Assembly (NCBI GenBank): GCA_002269645.1
Contig: NIVC01000386.1
Location: forward strand, 372,001-436,000
Reading direction: 5' to 3'
Length of the DNA: 64,000 nucleotides
DNA from: Macrostomum lignano
Taxonomy: Eukaryota
The notes beneath the pieces were generated by a model. It had not been told where the DNA came from, made no database searches, and worked only from the letters and a program-made list of their open reading frames with translations. Positions 1 through 12,945 of the stretch are shown in pieces. The stretch's first letter is position 1. The number at the start of each line of letters is the position of its first letter. The position numbers and the translations under genes were made by a program.

Positions 1-782
1 TGCCAGATTCGCGGCTGATGACCCGGACGTCGGGAATAACGGCAGCGTCAGCTTCAGTCTGGCCGACAGCGGCGATGCCTTCGAGATCGACGCCACCGAT
101 GGCACGCTGCGGACGGCATCGCGTGGCCTGCTGGACCGCGAGCTGGCGGCGGAGCACCGCCTGCTGGTCCGCGCTACCGATGCGGGGCGGCCTCAACGGG
201 TCAGCGAGCTCCGCTTTCTGGTGCGGATTCTGGACCGAAACGACTGCACGCCGACTTTTGTCACAGTCGATGGCGGAAAAGGTCACGGACGTCTGACGCT
301 AATGGTTGACGAGGCGACGCCGCCGGGAGCCCTGCTCACTCGGCTGATTGCGGTGGACAGCGACGAAAGACTCAACGGCCGCGTGCACTACAGGCTGATC
401 GGTGCGCCCGAGGCCACGGCTCAGTTCTCGCTGGACTCGCGCAGTGGCTGCCTGTTCTTAGCTGCGCCGCTGCGGCGTCCCGCTACGCGGAGTCTCTTCG
501 TGGAGGCCATCGACTCCGGCGTTGGCCGGGAGGGAAGCCGGAGCAGCCGCATTTTGCTGCTCGCCCAATCCGCCGCGCCGCCGCCGCGAGTTCCAATTTT
601 TGTCGTTTTCGACCGGCCAGTGCTGGCTTTGACGGTGTCCGAAGCCGCCGCAGTGGGGACTCCTGTGGGCCGCCTGTCAGTCAGTATGACGCCCAGGCAC
701 TCGGAATTTAAAGCTCGACAGAGGCTGCTGTTCAGCCTTGTTGACGGCAATGGACTCGGCTTCTTTGGTGTTCGAGATGATG
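1..782 (+). CDS. FAT1-like: Fat-like exon A (5' end outside window), cadherin repeats
   Basis: Frame from nt 2 reads [20 protein letters not shown]...[20 protein letters not shown]...ILDRNDC; donor ATG|GTGAGG at 783 (phase 1). Confidence 0.9.
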
Positions 783-809
783 GTGAGGCCTGTCTTAGTG
801 CCTGTCAGC

Positions 810-1294
<485 letters not shown>

Positions 1295-1316
1295 ACTCCC
1301 CGCTCCCCACCCGCAG

Positions 1317-1685
1317 GCACCCTGGTCACGCTGCAGCCCCTGGACCGGGAGGCGCAGCCCAGTGGCTACTGGCTCACCGTCCGGGCGCAGCTCGGAGCCG
1401 TGGCGGGTGTCTCAGGTCAACCCGGGCTGCGGCAAGCGGAGCCGCGCATCTCCTCGTGCCGCGTCTTTATCGGCCTCCGGGACGTCAATGACAACCGGCC
1501 GCGAGTGCTCGCGCCGCTGCACCGCCGCCTGACAGTGATGGAGGGCGCGCCGGCCGGCCGCGAGCTGCTGGCCGAAATTCCGGCCGAGGATTCGGACGAC
1601 CCGGCGGTCGGCGGCAACGCGCGAATCCACTTCGCCATAGCGGCGGGCAACGAGGCCGGGCACTTTGTCATGGACAATCGGACAG
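1317..1685 (+). CDS. FAT1-like: Fat-like exon B
   Basis: Acceptor CCGCAG|GC restores [14 protein letters not shown]; contains LRDVNDNRP; donor ACAG|GTAGGT at 1686 (phase 1). Confidence 0.9.
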
Positions 1686-1798
1686 GTAGGTGGCCGGGCA
1701 CTTACCATGGACAATCGGACAGGTAGGTGGCCGGTCACTTGGCCATGGACAATCGGACGGGTAGGTGGCCGGTCGCTTGGCCATGGACAATCGGACAG
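1661..1798. repeat. 37/38-bp tandem repeat spanning the exon B donor (~4 copies)
   Basis: Unit CATGGACAATCGGACAG|GTAGGTGGCCGG-CACTT. Confidence 0.95.
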
Positions 1799-2018
1799 TT
1801 AGATTGCCGAATACACGGCCACGGACAGCATCCTGGGGTGCTGATAGATTATCAGCATTTGATGGATTATCAACATTAATATTGGGCACAGAATATCAAC
1901 ATGAGCCTCCACACTGCCTTACCTCGGGCTAAAACACAATCGCTGACTTTGTGCCATTTTTTCGCAGTTTTCGAAGATCCAGCTTCCTACTGTCCCAGCA
2001 TCTTTTGAGTTTGTACTT

Positions 2019-2283
2019 TCCTCACCAGTCGCTCCCTCACCAGCCGCTCCCTCACCAGTCGCTCCCTCACCAGCCGCTCCCTCACCAGCTGCTTCCTCAC
2101 CAGCCGCTCCCTCACCAGCCGCTCCCTCACCAGCCGCTCCCTCATCAGCCGCTCCCTCATCAGCCGCTCCCTCACCAGCCGCTCCCTCACCAGCCGCTCC
2201 CTCACCAGCCGCTCCCTCACCAGCCGCTCCCTCACCAGCCGCTCCCTCACCAGCCGCTCCCTCACCAGCCGCTCCCTCACCAT
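2019..2283. repeat. 15-bp minisatellite CCGCTCCCTCACCAG (~17.5 copies) abutting the exon C acceptor
   Basis: Direct reading. Confidence 0.97.
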
Positions 2284-2289
2284 CCGCAG

Positions 2290-2517
2290 GCCGCATTGTC
2301 ACAACCGCGGTTCCCATTGATCGGGAAGTCACCTCCGAGTTCCGCCTCACTGTCGAAGTGTCCGACAGCGGACAGCCGCAGCCGCTCACCGCCACCGCGC
2401 TCATCGAGGTCACCGTCCAGGATCTCAACGACTCGCCGCCGCGGTTTCTGCAGCGGATCTTCGATGTGTGGGCCTACCCAGCTGCGGCCGGGAACACCTC
2501 AGAGACCGAGATTGACG
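2290..2517 (+). CDS. FAT1-like: Fat-like exon C
   Basis: Acceptor CCGCAG|GC gives [15 protein letters not shown]...[11 protein letters not shown]; donor GACG|GTGGGC at 2518 (phase 1). Confidence 0.85.
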
Positions 2518-2536
2518 GTGGGCTGATGCCGGTTGC

Positions 2537-2725
2537 TACTCCAACATCTACTCAAATATCTACTCAAATATCTACTCCAACATCTACTCAAAAATATACT
2601 CAAATATCTACTCCAAACTCCAATATCTACTCCAACATCTACTCAAATATCTACTCAAATATCTACTCCAGCATGTACTCCACTATCTACTCCAATATCT
2701 ACTCCAACATCTACTCCAATATCAA
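2537..2725. repeat. Degenerate 12-bp minisatellite TCTACTC(C/A)AA(C/T)A
   Basis: Direct reading. Confidence 0.9.
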
Positions 2726-2756
2726 CATCAGACCCGCCCACTACTCCCGCCCGCAG

Positions 2757-3370
2757 ACCCCTGCTCGCTCAGCAACGTCAGCGTCGCCCAGTCTCGCGCC
2801 TTCGCCGGGGCCACCAGGCTGGCAGCGGTGGACCCGGACATCCCTGAGCAGGCTGTCACTGAGTACAGAATTCTGCCTGGTGATCGGACGACGTCCTGGG
2901 CTCGAATCTGTCGGGAAAACGGCCTGCTGCTGCTGCTGCCGCCGCCTGTGCCGGAGCTCGGCAAGTTGCCGTCGATGAGCACATTTGTGGTGTCTGCCGT
3001 GGATGCGCGCAGCGGCGCTGAGGTCTCGGCGTTGGTCCGGGCGACGCTGCTGCCTCTGCCAGCGACAGCCAAAGACACCGCGACCCGAATGTTCAACATC
3101 ATTGCCGCGGCCAACGGCTCGCAGATGTGGACGGTGGTATCGGCGGACGCGACGCTCGGCTCCGCTGTCCCGTCCGCCATCGTCGTTGCCGAGCCGGACT
3201 CCGCAGCCTGCAGCGGTCGCGTCCTGTTCTCGCTAAGCGGCTCGGGCAGCGAAGACTTTTATCTGCCGCAGGCTGGCGGCCGCCTATTGGTCGCGCGACA
3301 GCTCGGAGCCCGGCTGGAGTACGACCTGCGGGTCACCGGAATGTGTGGGCCCGCCGTGCAGCTGCAATCC
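2757..3370 (+). CDS. FAT1-like: Fat-like exon D
   Basis: Acceptor CCGCAG|AC in phase 1; reads ...[19 protein letters not shown]...FVVSAVD...EYDLRVT; donor TCC|GTGAGC at 3371 (phase 0). The 3' end is less certain. Confidence 0.75.
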
Positions 3371-3391
3371 GTGAGCTGAATGCGTGACACA

Positions 3392-3716
3392 GCCCAGACC
3401 GTCACCCACCCCCGCCCAGACCGTCACCCACCCCGCCCAGACCGTCACCCACCCCCGCCCAGACCGTCACCCATCCCCGCCCAGACCGTCACCCACCCCC
3501 GCCCAGACCGTCACCCACCCCCGCCCAGACCGTCACCCATCCCCGCCCAGACCGTCACCCACCCCCGCCCAGACCGTCACCCACCCCGCCCAGACCGTCA
3601 CCCACCCCAGCCTAGACCGTCACCCACCCCAGCCCAGACCGTCACCCACCCCAGCCCAGACCGTCACCCACCCCAGCCCAGACCGTCACCCACCCTAGCC
3701 CAGACCGTCACCCACC
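3392..3716. repeat. 21/22-bp C-rich minisatellite CCCAGACCGTCACCCACCCC(C)G
   Basis: Direct reading; G-runs on the minus strand. Confidence 0.95.
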
Positions 3717-4393
3717 AGCACCGACACCCCACCTTACATGGGAACGCAGCATGTCAAGTCTGAAACTCAGACTCGCGTTCTGGGTTTGATCCCTTCTATG
3801 AGCAAATGCACAAGCGTATCTGGGCCCTAAAGTGCCAGCCATACCCCAAGGCCAATGAAGCCTCTAAGTCCGCTTCGCTCCCGAGGCGAACATAGAGGTT
3901 TCCTTGCCAAGGCATTTGATTGACGTGCCTGGTACTGAGAAATTCAGGGCCTCTGTACACCTTTGGGAGCGCAGCTCTGTGCTGAGGGGTCAGCGAAGCC
4001 AGCTCAACTGTCTGGTTTCCACCTGTCGTCTTGATTCGCGGCAGAGTCCATCCCCCTCTGCGGTGGCAAAATATCATATTTCTGAACTGAAGTGAGACAG
4101 ACTGCGGCGTGACTAGCAGCTCCGCCATGGCGTGTCTCGAACTGGCAGCTCGGGAGAGCCTTCGATCCAGCTGCTTCGGTCTGTTTCTACTGTTAATTTT
4201 TTTCTTGCTTTTTTTCCTCGGCACTTCGAGTGTTCGAAAACCGATGGGTCTCCAGCTGCGGTAGGGCAGGCAGGGAGCGGCGGCAGCGACAGCAGCAATG
4301 CAGGGAAGGCAAAAAAAGCAGATGCAGGAAAATTTGACAGCTGGAGCTGCCTGCCTGCAGAGTCGGGTTTCTGTGGCGCTGTGCTGGTTGTGT

Positions 4394-4673
<280 letters not shown>

Positions 4674-4715
4674 GACACTAGAACACAAAGCACAAATTAC
4701 GAATTAAAAACACGA

Positions 4716-5135
4716 AGACGCTAAGATAGAAGACACTAAGATAGAAGACACTAAGATAGAAGACACTAAGACACTAAGATAGAAGACACTAAGATAGAAG
4801 ACACTAAGACACTAAGATAGAAGACACTAAGACACTAAGATAGAAGACACTAAGATAGAAGACACTAAGATAGAAGACACTAAGATAGAAGACACTAAGA
4901 TAGAAGACACTAAGACACTAAGATAGAAGACACTAAGACACTAAGATAGAAGACACTAAGACACTAAGATAGAAGACACTAAGACACTAAGATAGAAGAC
5001 ACTAAGATAGAAGACACTAAGACACTAAGATAGAAGACACTAAGACACTAAGATAGAAGACACTAAGATAGAAGACACTAAGATAGAAGACACTAAGACA
5101 CTAAGATAGAAGACACTAATACACTAAGATAGAAG
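4716..5135. repeat. Two-unit array of AAGACACTA (9 bp) and AGATAGAAGACACTA (15 bp)
   Basis: Direct reading. Confidence 0.95.
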
Positions 5136-5628
5136 ACGCTGAGACGCTACAACCCGTGGCGGTGCAAATGCGCCATGCAAATCCATCAAGCGGTGTCAGC
5201 ACACAGGAGGCGGCAACTGCAGCATATCAGAGCGCATGCGACTCCGGGCTTTCACAACTGGTTTCGAGTTTCTCCTGCAGTCGGCGCAAAGGATAAGAAA
5301 ATAAATAAAAAACCGCGTTTCTCTTGGCCAAAACGGTACAGTGGCAGAAGGCAATGAAAGAGGTGGCAGCGAGATGAAAGTGTGAAATGCAATGCATAAA
5401 CATATATAAACTGTATGTCTGTAGGCCAACACGAATTTCTTGAGAATCTTTGTAGCGATTGCTCAGAGCCGAAACTGATGGGCTGATAACTTTGGAAATG
5501 CTTTGGAACTTTGGAAACTTCGCTCAGCTTATTTTTTCCACTGCAGTTGTTCAGCGAGCTTCTGTGCCCTTTCAGAGAAGCTCGTAGCTCATAGAAAAAT
5601 GAAATGTTGGAAAATGGTCTACCCGTCT

Positions 5629-6118
5629 GCCAGTCCGGCTCATTCCAGCCAATCGGCGCTCGCCTCATGCTTACACCCACCCCACCCTCCGCCTGACCGC
5701 AGCTGTCAGTCCGGCTCATTCCAGCCAATTGGCACTCGCCTCATGCTTACACCCACCCCTACCTCCGCCTGACCGCAGCTGTCAGTCCGGCTCATTCCAG
5801 CCAATTGGCACTCGCCTCATGCTTACACCCACCCCTACCTCCGCCTGACCGCAGCTGTCAGTCCGGCTCATTCCAGCCAATTGGCACTCGCCTCATGCTT
5901 ACACCCACCCCTACCTCCGCCTGACCGCAGCTGTCAGTCCGGCTCATTCCAGCCAATTGGCACTCGCCTCATGTTTACACCCACCCCACCCTCCGCCTGA
6001 CTGCAGCTGTCAGTCCGGCTCATTCCAGCCAATTGGCACTCGCCTCATGTTTACACCCACCCCACCCTCCGCCTGACTGCAGCTGTCAGTCCGGCTCATT
6101 CCAGCCAATCGGCACTCG
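5629..6118. repeat. 76-bp tandem repeat spanning the exon E acceptor (~6.5 copies)
   Basis: Unit starts at 5629, 5705, 5781, 5857, 5933, 6009 and 6085. Confidence 0.97.
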
Positions 6119-6626
6119 CCGCGATTCTCCCAGCCGTCCTACTCCGTGTCGGTGCAGCTTCCGGACTCGAGCAGCTCTGAGCCCGTCGAGGTGATCGTCC
6201 TGGGGGCAGAGGACGCGGACCCGGGGCCCGGCAGGCTGCAGTTCTCGTTGGCGGCACCGCAGGAGACCTCCGGCTGCTTCCAGCTTGAGCCGCTGACTGG
6301 CCGCCTTCTGCTGCTTCCCGGCGGCGAACCTCCTTGCGGCCGGCACCGTCTGCCAGTTCGAGTCGTTGATTCCTTCGCTGCTGACCGGCGCCACGGCCTG
6401 GCCGAGGTGACTGTCGACGTCCGCTGCGACCGCCTAAACCGGCACCGGCCGGTCATCGTCGGCGTCGAGGCGGCAAACGGCGACGAAGTTCGCCAAGTTG
6501 GCGACGAAGGCTTGGTTGACGTCTCAGTTGACGGCACGGCGCCGGTGGGGCGCCTAGTGGCCAGGATTCGAGCCTACGACCTTGACGAAGGAGACGGAGG
6601 TCGTCTGCGATTCTTCATTGAGTCCG
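6083..6626 (+). CDS. FAT1-like: Fat-like exon E
   Basis: Acceptor CTGACTGCAG|CTG (phase 0); LSVRLIPANRHSPRF...AEDADPG...RAYDLDEGDGGRLRFFIES; donor G|GTGAGT at 6627. Confidence 0.85.
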
Positions 6627-6652
6627 GTGAGTTCGGGGGAATTCCTGCAGCA

Positions 6653-6925
6653 TCTACTCAGATCCCATCCTGGGATTCCTCCCATTCAGATCCCATCCTG
6701 GGATTTCTACCATTCAGATCTCGTCCTGGGATTTCTCCCACTCAGATACCATCCCGAGATTTCTCCCACTCAAATAATATCCTGGGATTTCTCCCACTCA
6801 GATCCCATTCTGGGATTTCTCCCACTCAGATCCCATCTTGAGATTTCTCCCACTCAAGTAATATCCTGGGATTTCTCCCACTCAGATCCTATCCTGAGAT
6901 TTTTCCCACTCAGATCCCATTCTGG
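6653..6925. repeat. ~27-bp hairpin-containing minisatellite CCACTCAGATCCCATCCTGGGATTTCT
   Basis: Direct reading; ATCCCA/TGGGAT inverted repeat within the unit. Confidence 0.9.
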
Positions 6926-7379
6926 GATTTCTGCCAGTTCACTCCGCTCCAACATATCCCAGCTAAATTTCTGTGCGTCATCGCAGCCCGTTAATTCCCC
7001 GCGACAGTTCTTATCCCTTTTGACAGGATAAATCTGCCTCATTGACAAGCCAGTTTGTCTCCCATCCCCCATGCCAGCAGCCTGCCAGGGGGCCGTGGGT
7101 CGGGGCAGTCGGTGCCCTCAGCCTCCGCGCAGTCCCGTGTCATCTGTGCAGCAGCTCGGTGACTGAAGCACCCGCTGCACCTTTCGATAGCTGAGGCAAA
7201 TCGCAAAATTGGGGATTTTTATTTAAATTTCGAATATGCGCTGCACAAGCCGAGGTCAGATGGGGATAAACTTGATGGGACTGTGGGAGGCTGGTTAAGC
7301 AAGGCTGGAAGCCAAGGGGTCCGAAACCACGGATTCACCCACTATCAAATTTGGTTCCTATGGGTGCGTTTATCTGCTC

Positions 7380-10300
7380 CCATATCTAACCCATCCCATC
7401 ATCATATCTAACCCATCCCGTCTCACCATATCTAACCCATCCCGTCACCATATCTAACCCATCCCATCATCATATCTAACCCATCCCGTCACCATATCTA
7501 ACCCATCCCATCACCATATCCAACCCATCCCGTCACCATATCTAACCCATCCCGTCACCATATCTAACCTATTCCGTCACCATATCTAACCCCCATCCAG
7601 TCACCATATGTAACCCATCCAGTCACCATATGTAACCCATCCAGTCACCATATGTAACCCATCCAGTCACCATATGTAACCCATCCAGTCACCATATCTA
7701 ACCCATCCAGTCACCATATCTAACCCATCCCATCACCATATCTAACCCATCCCATCACCATATCTAACCCATCCCGTCTCACCATGTCTAACCCATCCGG
7801 TCACCATACTTAATCCATCCCATCACCATATCTAACCCATCCCGTCTCACCATATCTAACCCATCCCGTCACCATATCTAACGCATCTCGTCTCACCATA
7901 TCTAACCCATCCAGTCACCATATCTAAACCATCCCGTCTCACCATATCTAACCCATCCCGTCACCATATCTAACCCATCCCGTCACTATATATCTAACCC
8001 ATCCCGTCTCACCATATCTAACCCATCCCGTCTCACCATATCTAACCCATCCCGTCACCATATCTAACCCATCCCGTCTCACCATATCTAACCCATCCCA
8101 TCACCATATCTAACCCATCCCGTCTCACCATATCTAACCCATCCCGTCACCATATCTAACCCATCCCGTCTCACCATATCTAACCCATCCCGTCTCACCA
8201 TATCTAACCCATCCCGTCTCACCATATCTAACCCATCCCGTCACCATATCTAACCCATCCCGTCACCATATCTAACCCATCCAGTCACCATATCTAACCC
8301 ATCCCGTAACCATATCTAACCCATCCCGTCTCACCATATCTAACCCATCCCGTCACCATATCTAACCCATCCCGTCTCACCATATCTAACCCATCCCGTC
8401 ACCATATCTAACCCATCCCGTCACCATATCTAACCCATCCCGTCACCATATCTAACCCATCCCGTCACCATATCTAACCCATCCCGTCACCATATCTAAC
8501 CCATCCCGTCTCACCATATCTAACCCATCCCGTCACCATATCTAACCTATTCCGTCACCATATCTAACCCATCCCGTCTCACCATATCTAACCCATCCCG
8601 TCTCACCATATCTAACCCATCCCGTCTCACCATATTTAACCCATCCCGTCTCACCATATTTAACCCATCCCATCACCATATCTAACCCATCCCGTCACCA
8701 TATCTAACCCATCCCGTCACCATATCTAACCCATCCCGTCTCACCATATCTAACCCATCCCGTCTCACCATATCTAACCCATCCCGTCTCACCATATCTA
8801 ACCCATCCCGTCTCACCATATCTAACCCATCCCGTCTCACTATATCTAACCCATCCCGTCTCACCATATATAACCCATCCCGTCTCACCATATCTAACCC
8901 ATCCCGTCACCATATCTAACCCATCCCGTCACCATATCTAACCCATCCCGTCACCATATCTAACCCATCCCGTCTCACCATATCTAACCCATCCCGTCAC
9001 CATATCTAACCCATCCCGTCTCACCATATCTAACCCATCCCGTCTCACCATATCTAACCCATCCCGTCTCACCATATCTAACCCATCCCGTCACTATATC
9101 TAACCCATCCCGTCACCATATCTAACCCATGCCGTCTCACCATATCTAACCCATCCCATCACCATGTCTAACCCATCCTGTCTCACCATATCTAACCCAT
9201 CCCGTCACCATATCTAACCCATCCCGTCTCACCATATCTAACCCATCCCATCACGGCGTCACCATATCTAACCCATCCCGTCTCACCATATCTAACCCAT
9301 CCCATCACCATATCTAACCCATCCCGTCACCATATCTAACCCATCCCGTCACCATATCTAACCCATCCCGTCTCACCATATCTAACCCATCCCGTCTCAC
9401 CATATCTAACCCATCCCGTCTCACCATATCTAACCCATCCCGTCTCACCATATCTAACCCATCCCGTCTCACCATATCTAACCCATCCCGTCTCACCATA
9501 TCTAACCTATTCCGTCACCATATCTAACCCATCCAGTCACCATATGTAACCCATCCAGTCACCATATCCAACCCATCCCGTCACCATATCTAACCCATCC
9601 AGTCACCATATCTAACCCATCCTGTCACCATATCTAACCCATCCAGTCACCATATCTAACCCATCCTGTCACCATATCTAACCCATCCCGTCTCACCATA
9701 TCTAACCCATTCCGTCACCATATCTAACCCATCCCGTCTCACCATATCTAACCCATCCCGTCTCACCATAATTAACCCATCCAGTCACCATATCTAACCC
9801 ATCCAGTCACCATATCTAACCCATCCTGTCACCATATCTAACCCATCCCATCACCATATCTAACCCATCCTGTCACCATATCTAACCCATCCCATCTCAC
9901 CATATCTAACCCATTCCGTCACCATATCTAACCCATCCCGTCTCACCATATCTAACCCATCCCGTCTCACCATATCTAACCCATTCCGTCACCATATCTA
10001 ACCCATCCCGTCTCACCATATCTAACCCATCCCGTCTCACCATATCTAACCCATCCCATCACCATATCTAACCCATCCCGTCTCACCATATCTAACCCAT
10101 CCCGTCTCACCATATCTAACCCATCCCGTCTCACCATATCTAACCCATCCCGTCTCACCATATCTAACCCATCCCGTCTCACCATATCTAACCCATCCCG
10201 TCTCACCATATCTAACCCATCCCGTCTCACCATATCTAACCCATCCCGTCTCACCATATCTAACCCATCCCGTCTCACCATATCTAACCCATCCCGTCTC

Positions 10301-10400
10301 ACCATATCTAACCCATCCCGTCTCACCATATCTAACCCATCCCGTCTCACCATATCTAACCCATCCCGTCTCACCATATCTAATCCATCCAGTCTCACCA
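7380..10400. repeat. 22/24-bp minisatellite CCATATCTAACCCATCCCGT(CT)CA, ~3 kb
   Basis: Direct reading; two length variants interspersed. Confidence 0.98.
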
Positions 10401-10889
10401 TCGCCAGCCATCCCTCACTAAGTCAGCCAACTCACCATGCAGTATCGAGTTTTTCAAGATAAAATTCAGGTCAATTTCGCCAGGAAGCTGAGAGAATTCA
10501 AATTACGTAACAGTGAAGAACTGCAATGTTTTCAGCCTCCTGAAGTCAGTGAGCAATGTTTAATCTATTTTTTATAAATAATTAATAGCCCGTTAAATAA
10601 GCTTGCGTGACTGGCGCTCTACGCGACTCAGGCTGAACTTCTGGGTGGGTACGGGAGAATCCGGCAGGATTTCTGCGAGTTTTCACTTTAATAATTGTTT
10701 CAAGCAGCTCAAGAATGAGAGTGGCATTCTGGCGCCATTAAGCATGGGAGCTTTCCCCGCTGACGGCTCTGTTGCGTAATACCTTTGCCCATGATAAGTG
10801 AGGCGCGTTAGAGAGCTCTAGCAGGACCGTGTGGGTCATTTATTGACTTTTTACCTGAGCAATGGAATCCCGCTTTATCAGATACAGAC

Positions 10890-12945
10890 ACCGAGTTTTA
10901 GCGCCGATGAGACACCAGTTTTAGCGCCGATGAGACACCAGTTTTAGCGCCGATGAGACACCAGTTTTAGCACAGATGAGACACCAGTTTTAGTGCCGAT
11001 GAGACACCAGTTTTAGCGCAGATGAGACACCAGTTTTAGCGCCGATGAGACACCAGTTTTAGCGCCGATGAGACACCAGTTTTAGCGCCGATGAGACACC
11101 AGTTTTAGCACAGATGAGACACCAGTTTTAGCGCAGATGAGACACCAGTTTTAGCGCCGATGAGACACCAGTTTTAGTGCAGATGAGACACCCAGTTTTA
11201 GTGCAGATGAGACACCAGTTTTAGCGCCGATGAGACACCAGTTTTAGTGCAGATGAGACACCCAGTTTTAGTGCAGATGAGACACCAGTTTTAGTGCAGA
11301 TGAGACACCAGTTTTAGCGCCGATGAGACACCAGTTTTAGCGCCGATGAGACACCGAGTTTTAGCGCCGATGAGACACCAGTTTTAGTGCAGATGAGACA
11401 CCAGTTTTAGTGCAGATGAGACACCAGTTTTAGCGCCGATGAGACACCAGTTTTAGTGCCGATAAGACACCAGTTTTAGTGCAGATGAGACACCAGTTTT
11501 AGTGCAGATGAGACACCCAGTTTTAGCGCCGATAAGACACCAGTTTTAGCGCCACCAGTTTTAGTGCAGATGAGACACCAGTTTTAGCGCAGATGAGACA
11601 CCCAGTTTTAGCGCCACCAGTTTTAGCGCCGATGAGACACCCAGTTTTAGCGCCACCAGTTTTAGCACAGATGAGACACCAGTTTTAGCACAGATGAGAC
11701 ACCAGTTTTAGCACAGATGAGACACCAGTTTTAGCGCAGATGAGACACCAGTTTTAGCACAGATGAGACACCAGTTTTAGCGCCGATGAGACACCAGTTT
11801 TAGCACAGATGAGACACCAGTTTTAGCACAGATGAGACACCAGTTTTAGCACAGATGAGACACCAGTTTTAGCACAGATGAGACACCAGTTTTAGCACAG
11901 ATGAGACACCAGTTTTAGCACAGATGAGACACCAGTTTTAGCACAGATGAGACACCAGTTTTAGCACAGATGAGACACCAGTTTTAGCACAGATGAGACA
12001 CCAGTTTTAGCACAGATGAGACACCAGTTTTAGCACAGATGAGACACCAGTTTTAGTGCCGATAAGACACCAGTTTTAGCACAGATGAGACACCAGTTTT
12101 AGTGCCGATGAGACACCAGTTTTAGCACAGATGAGACACCAGTTTTAGCACAGATGAGACACCAGTTTTAGCACAGATGAGACACCAGTTTTAGTGCCGA
12201 TGAGACACCAGTTTTAGCGCAGATGAGACACCAGTTTTAGCACAGATGAGACATCAGTTTTAGCACAGATGAGACACCAGTTTTAGCACAGATGAGACAC
12301 CAGTTTTAGCACAGATGAGACACCAGTTTTAGCGCCGATGAGACACCAGTTTTAGTGCCGATGAGACACCAGTTTTAGCACAGATGAGACACCAGTTTTA
12401 GCGCCGATGAGACACCAGTTTTAGTGCCGATGAGACACCAGTTTTAGCGCCGATGAGACACCAGTTTTAGCACAGATGAGACACCAGTTTTAGCACAGAT
12501 GAGACACCAGTTTTAGCACAGATGAGACACCAGTTTTAGCACAGATGAGACACCAGTTTTAGCACAGATGAGACACCAGTTTTAGCACAGATGAGACACC
12601 AGTTTTAGCACAGATGAGACACCAGTTTTAGCACAGATGAGACACCAGTTTTAGCGCCGATGAGACACCAGTTTTAGCACAGATGAGACACCAGTTTTAG
12701 CACAGATGAGACACCAGTTTTAGCACAGATGAGACACCAGTTTTAGCGCCGATGAGACACCAGTTTTAGCACAGATGAGACACCAGTTTTAGCACAGATG
12801 AGACACCAGTTTTAGCACAGATGAGACACCAGTTTTAGCACAGATGAGACACCAGTTTTAGCACAGATGAGACACCAGTTTTAGCACAGATGAGACACCA
12901 GTTTTAGCACAGATGAGACACCAGTTTTAGCACAGATGAGACACA
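10890..12945. repeat. 23-bp minisatellite AGTTTTAGCACAGATGAGACACC, ~2 kb
   Basis: Direct reading; variant cores CACAG/CGCCG/TGCAG; no spacers. Confidence 0.98.

Noticed and set aside
10890-12945. CRISPR-like appearance (GTTTTAG... core)
   Set aside because: Units are contiguous with no unique spacers, there are no cas genes, and the context is a spliceosomal intron.
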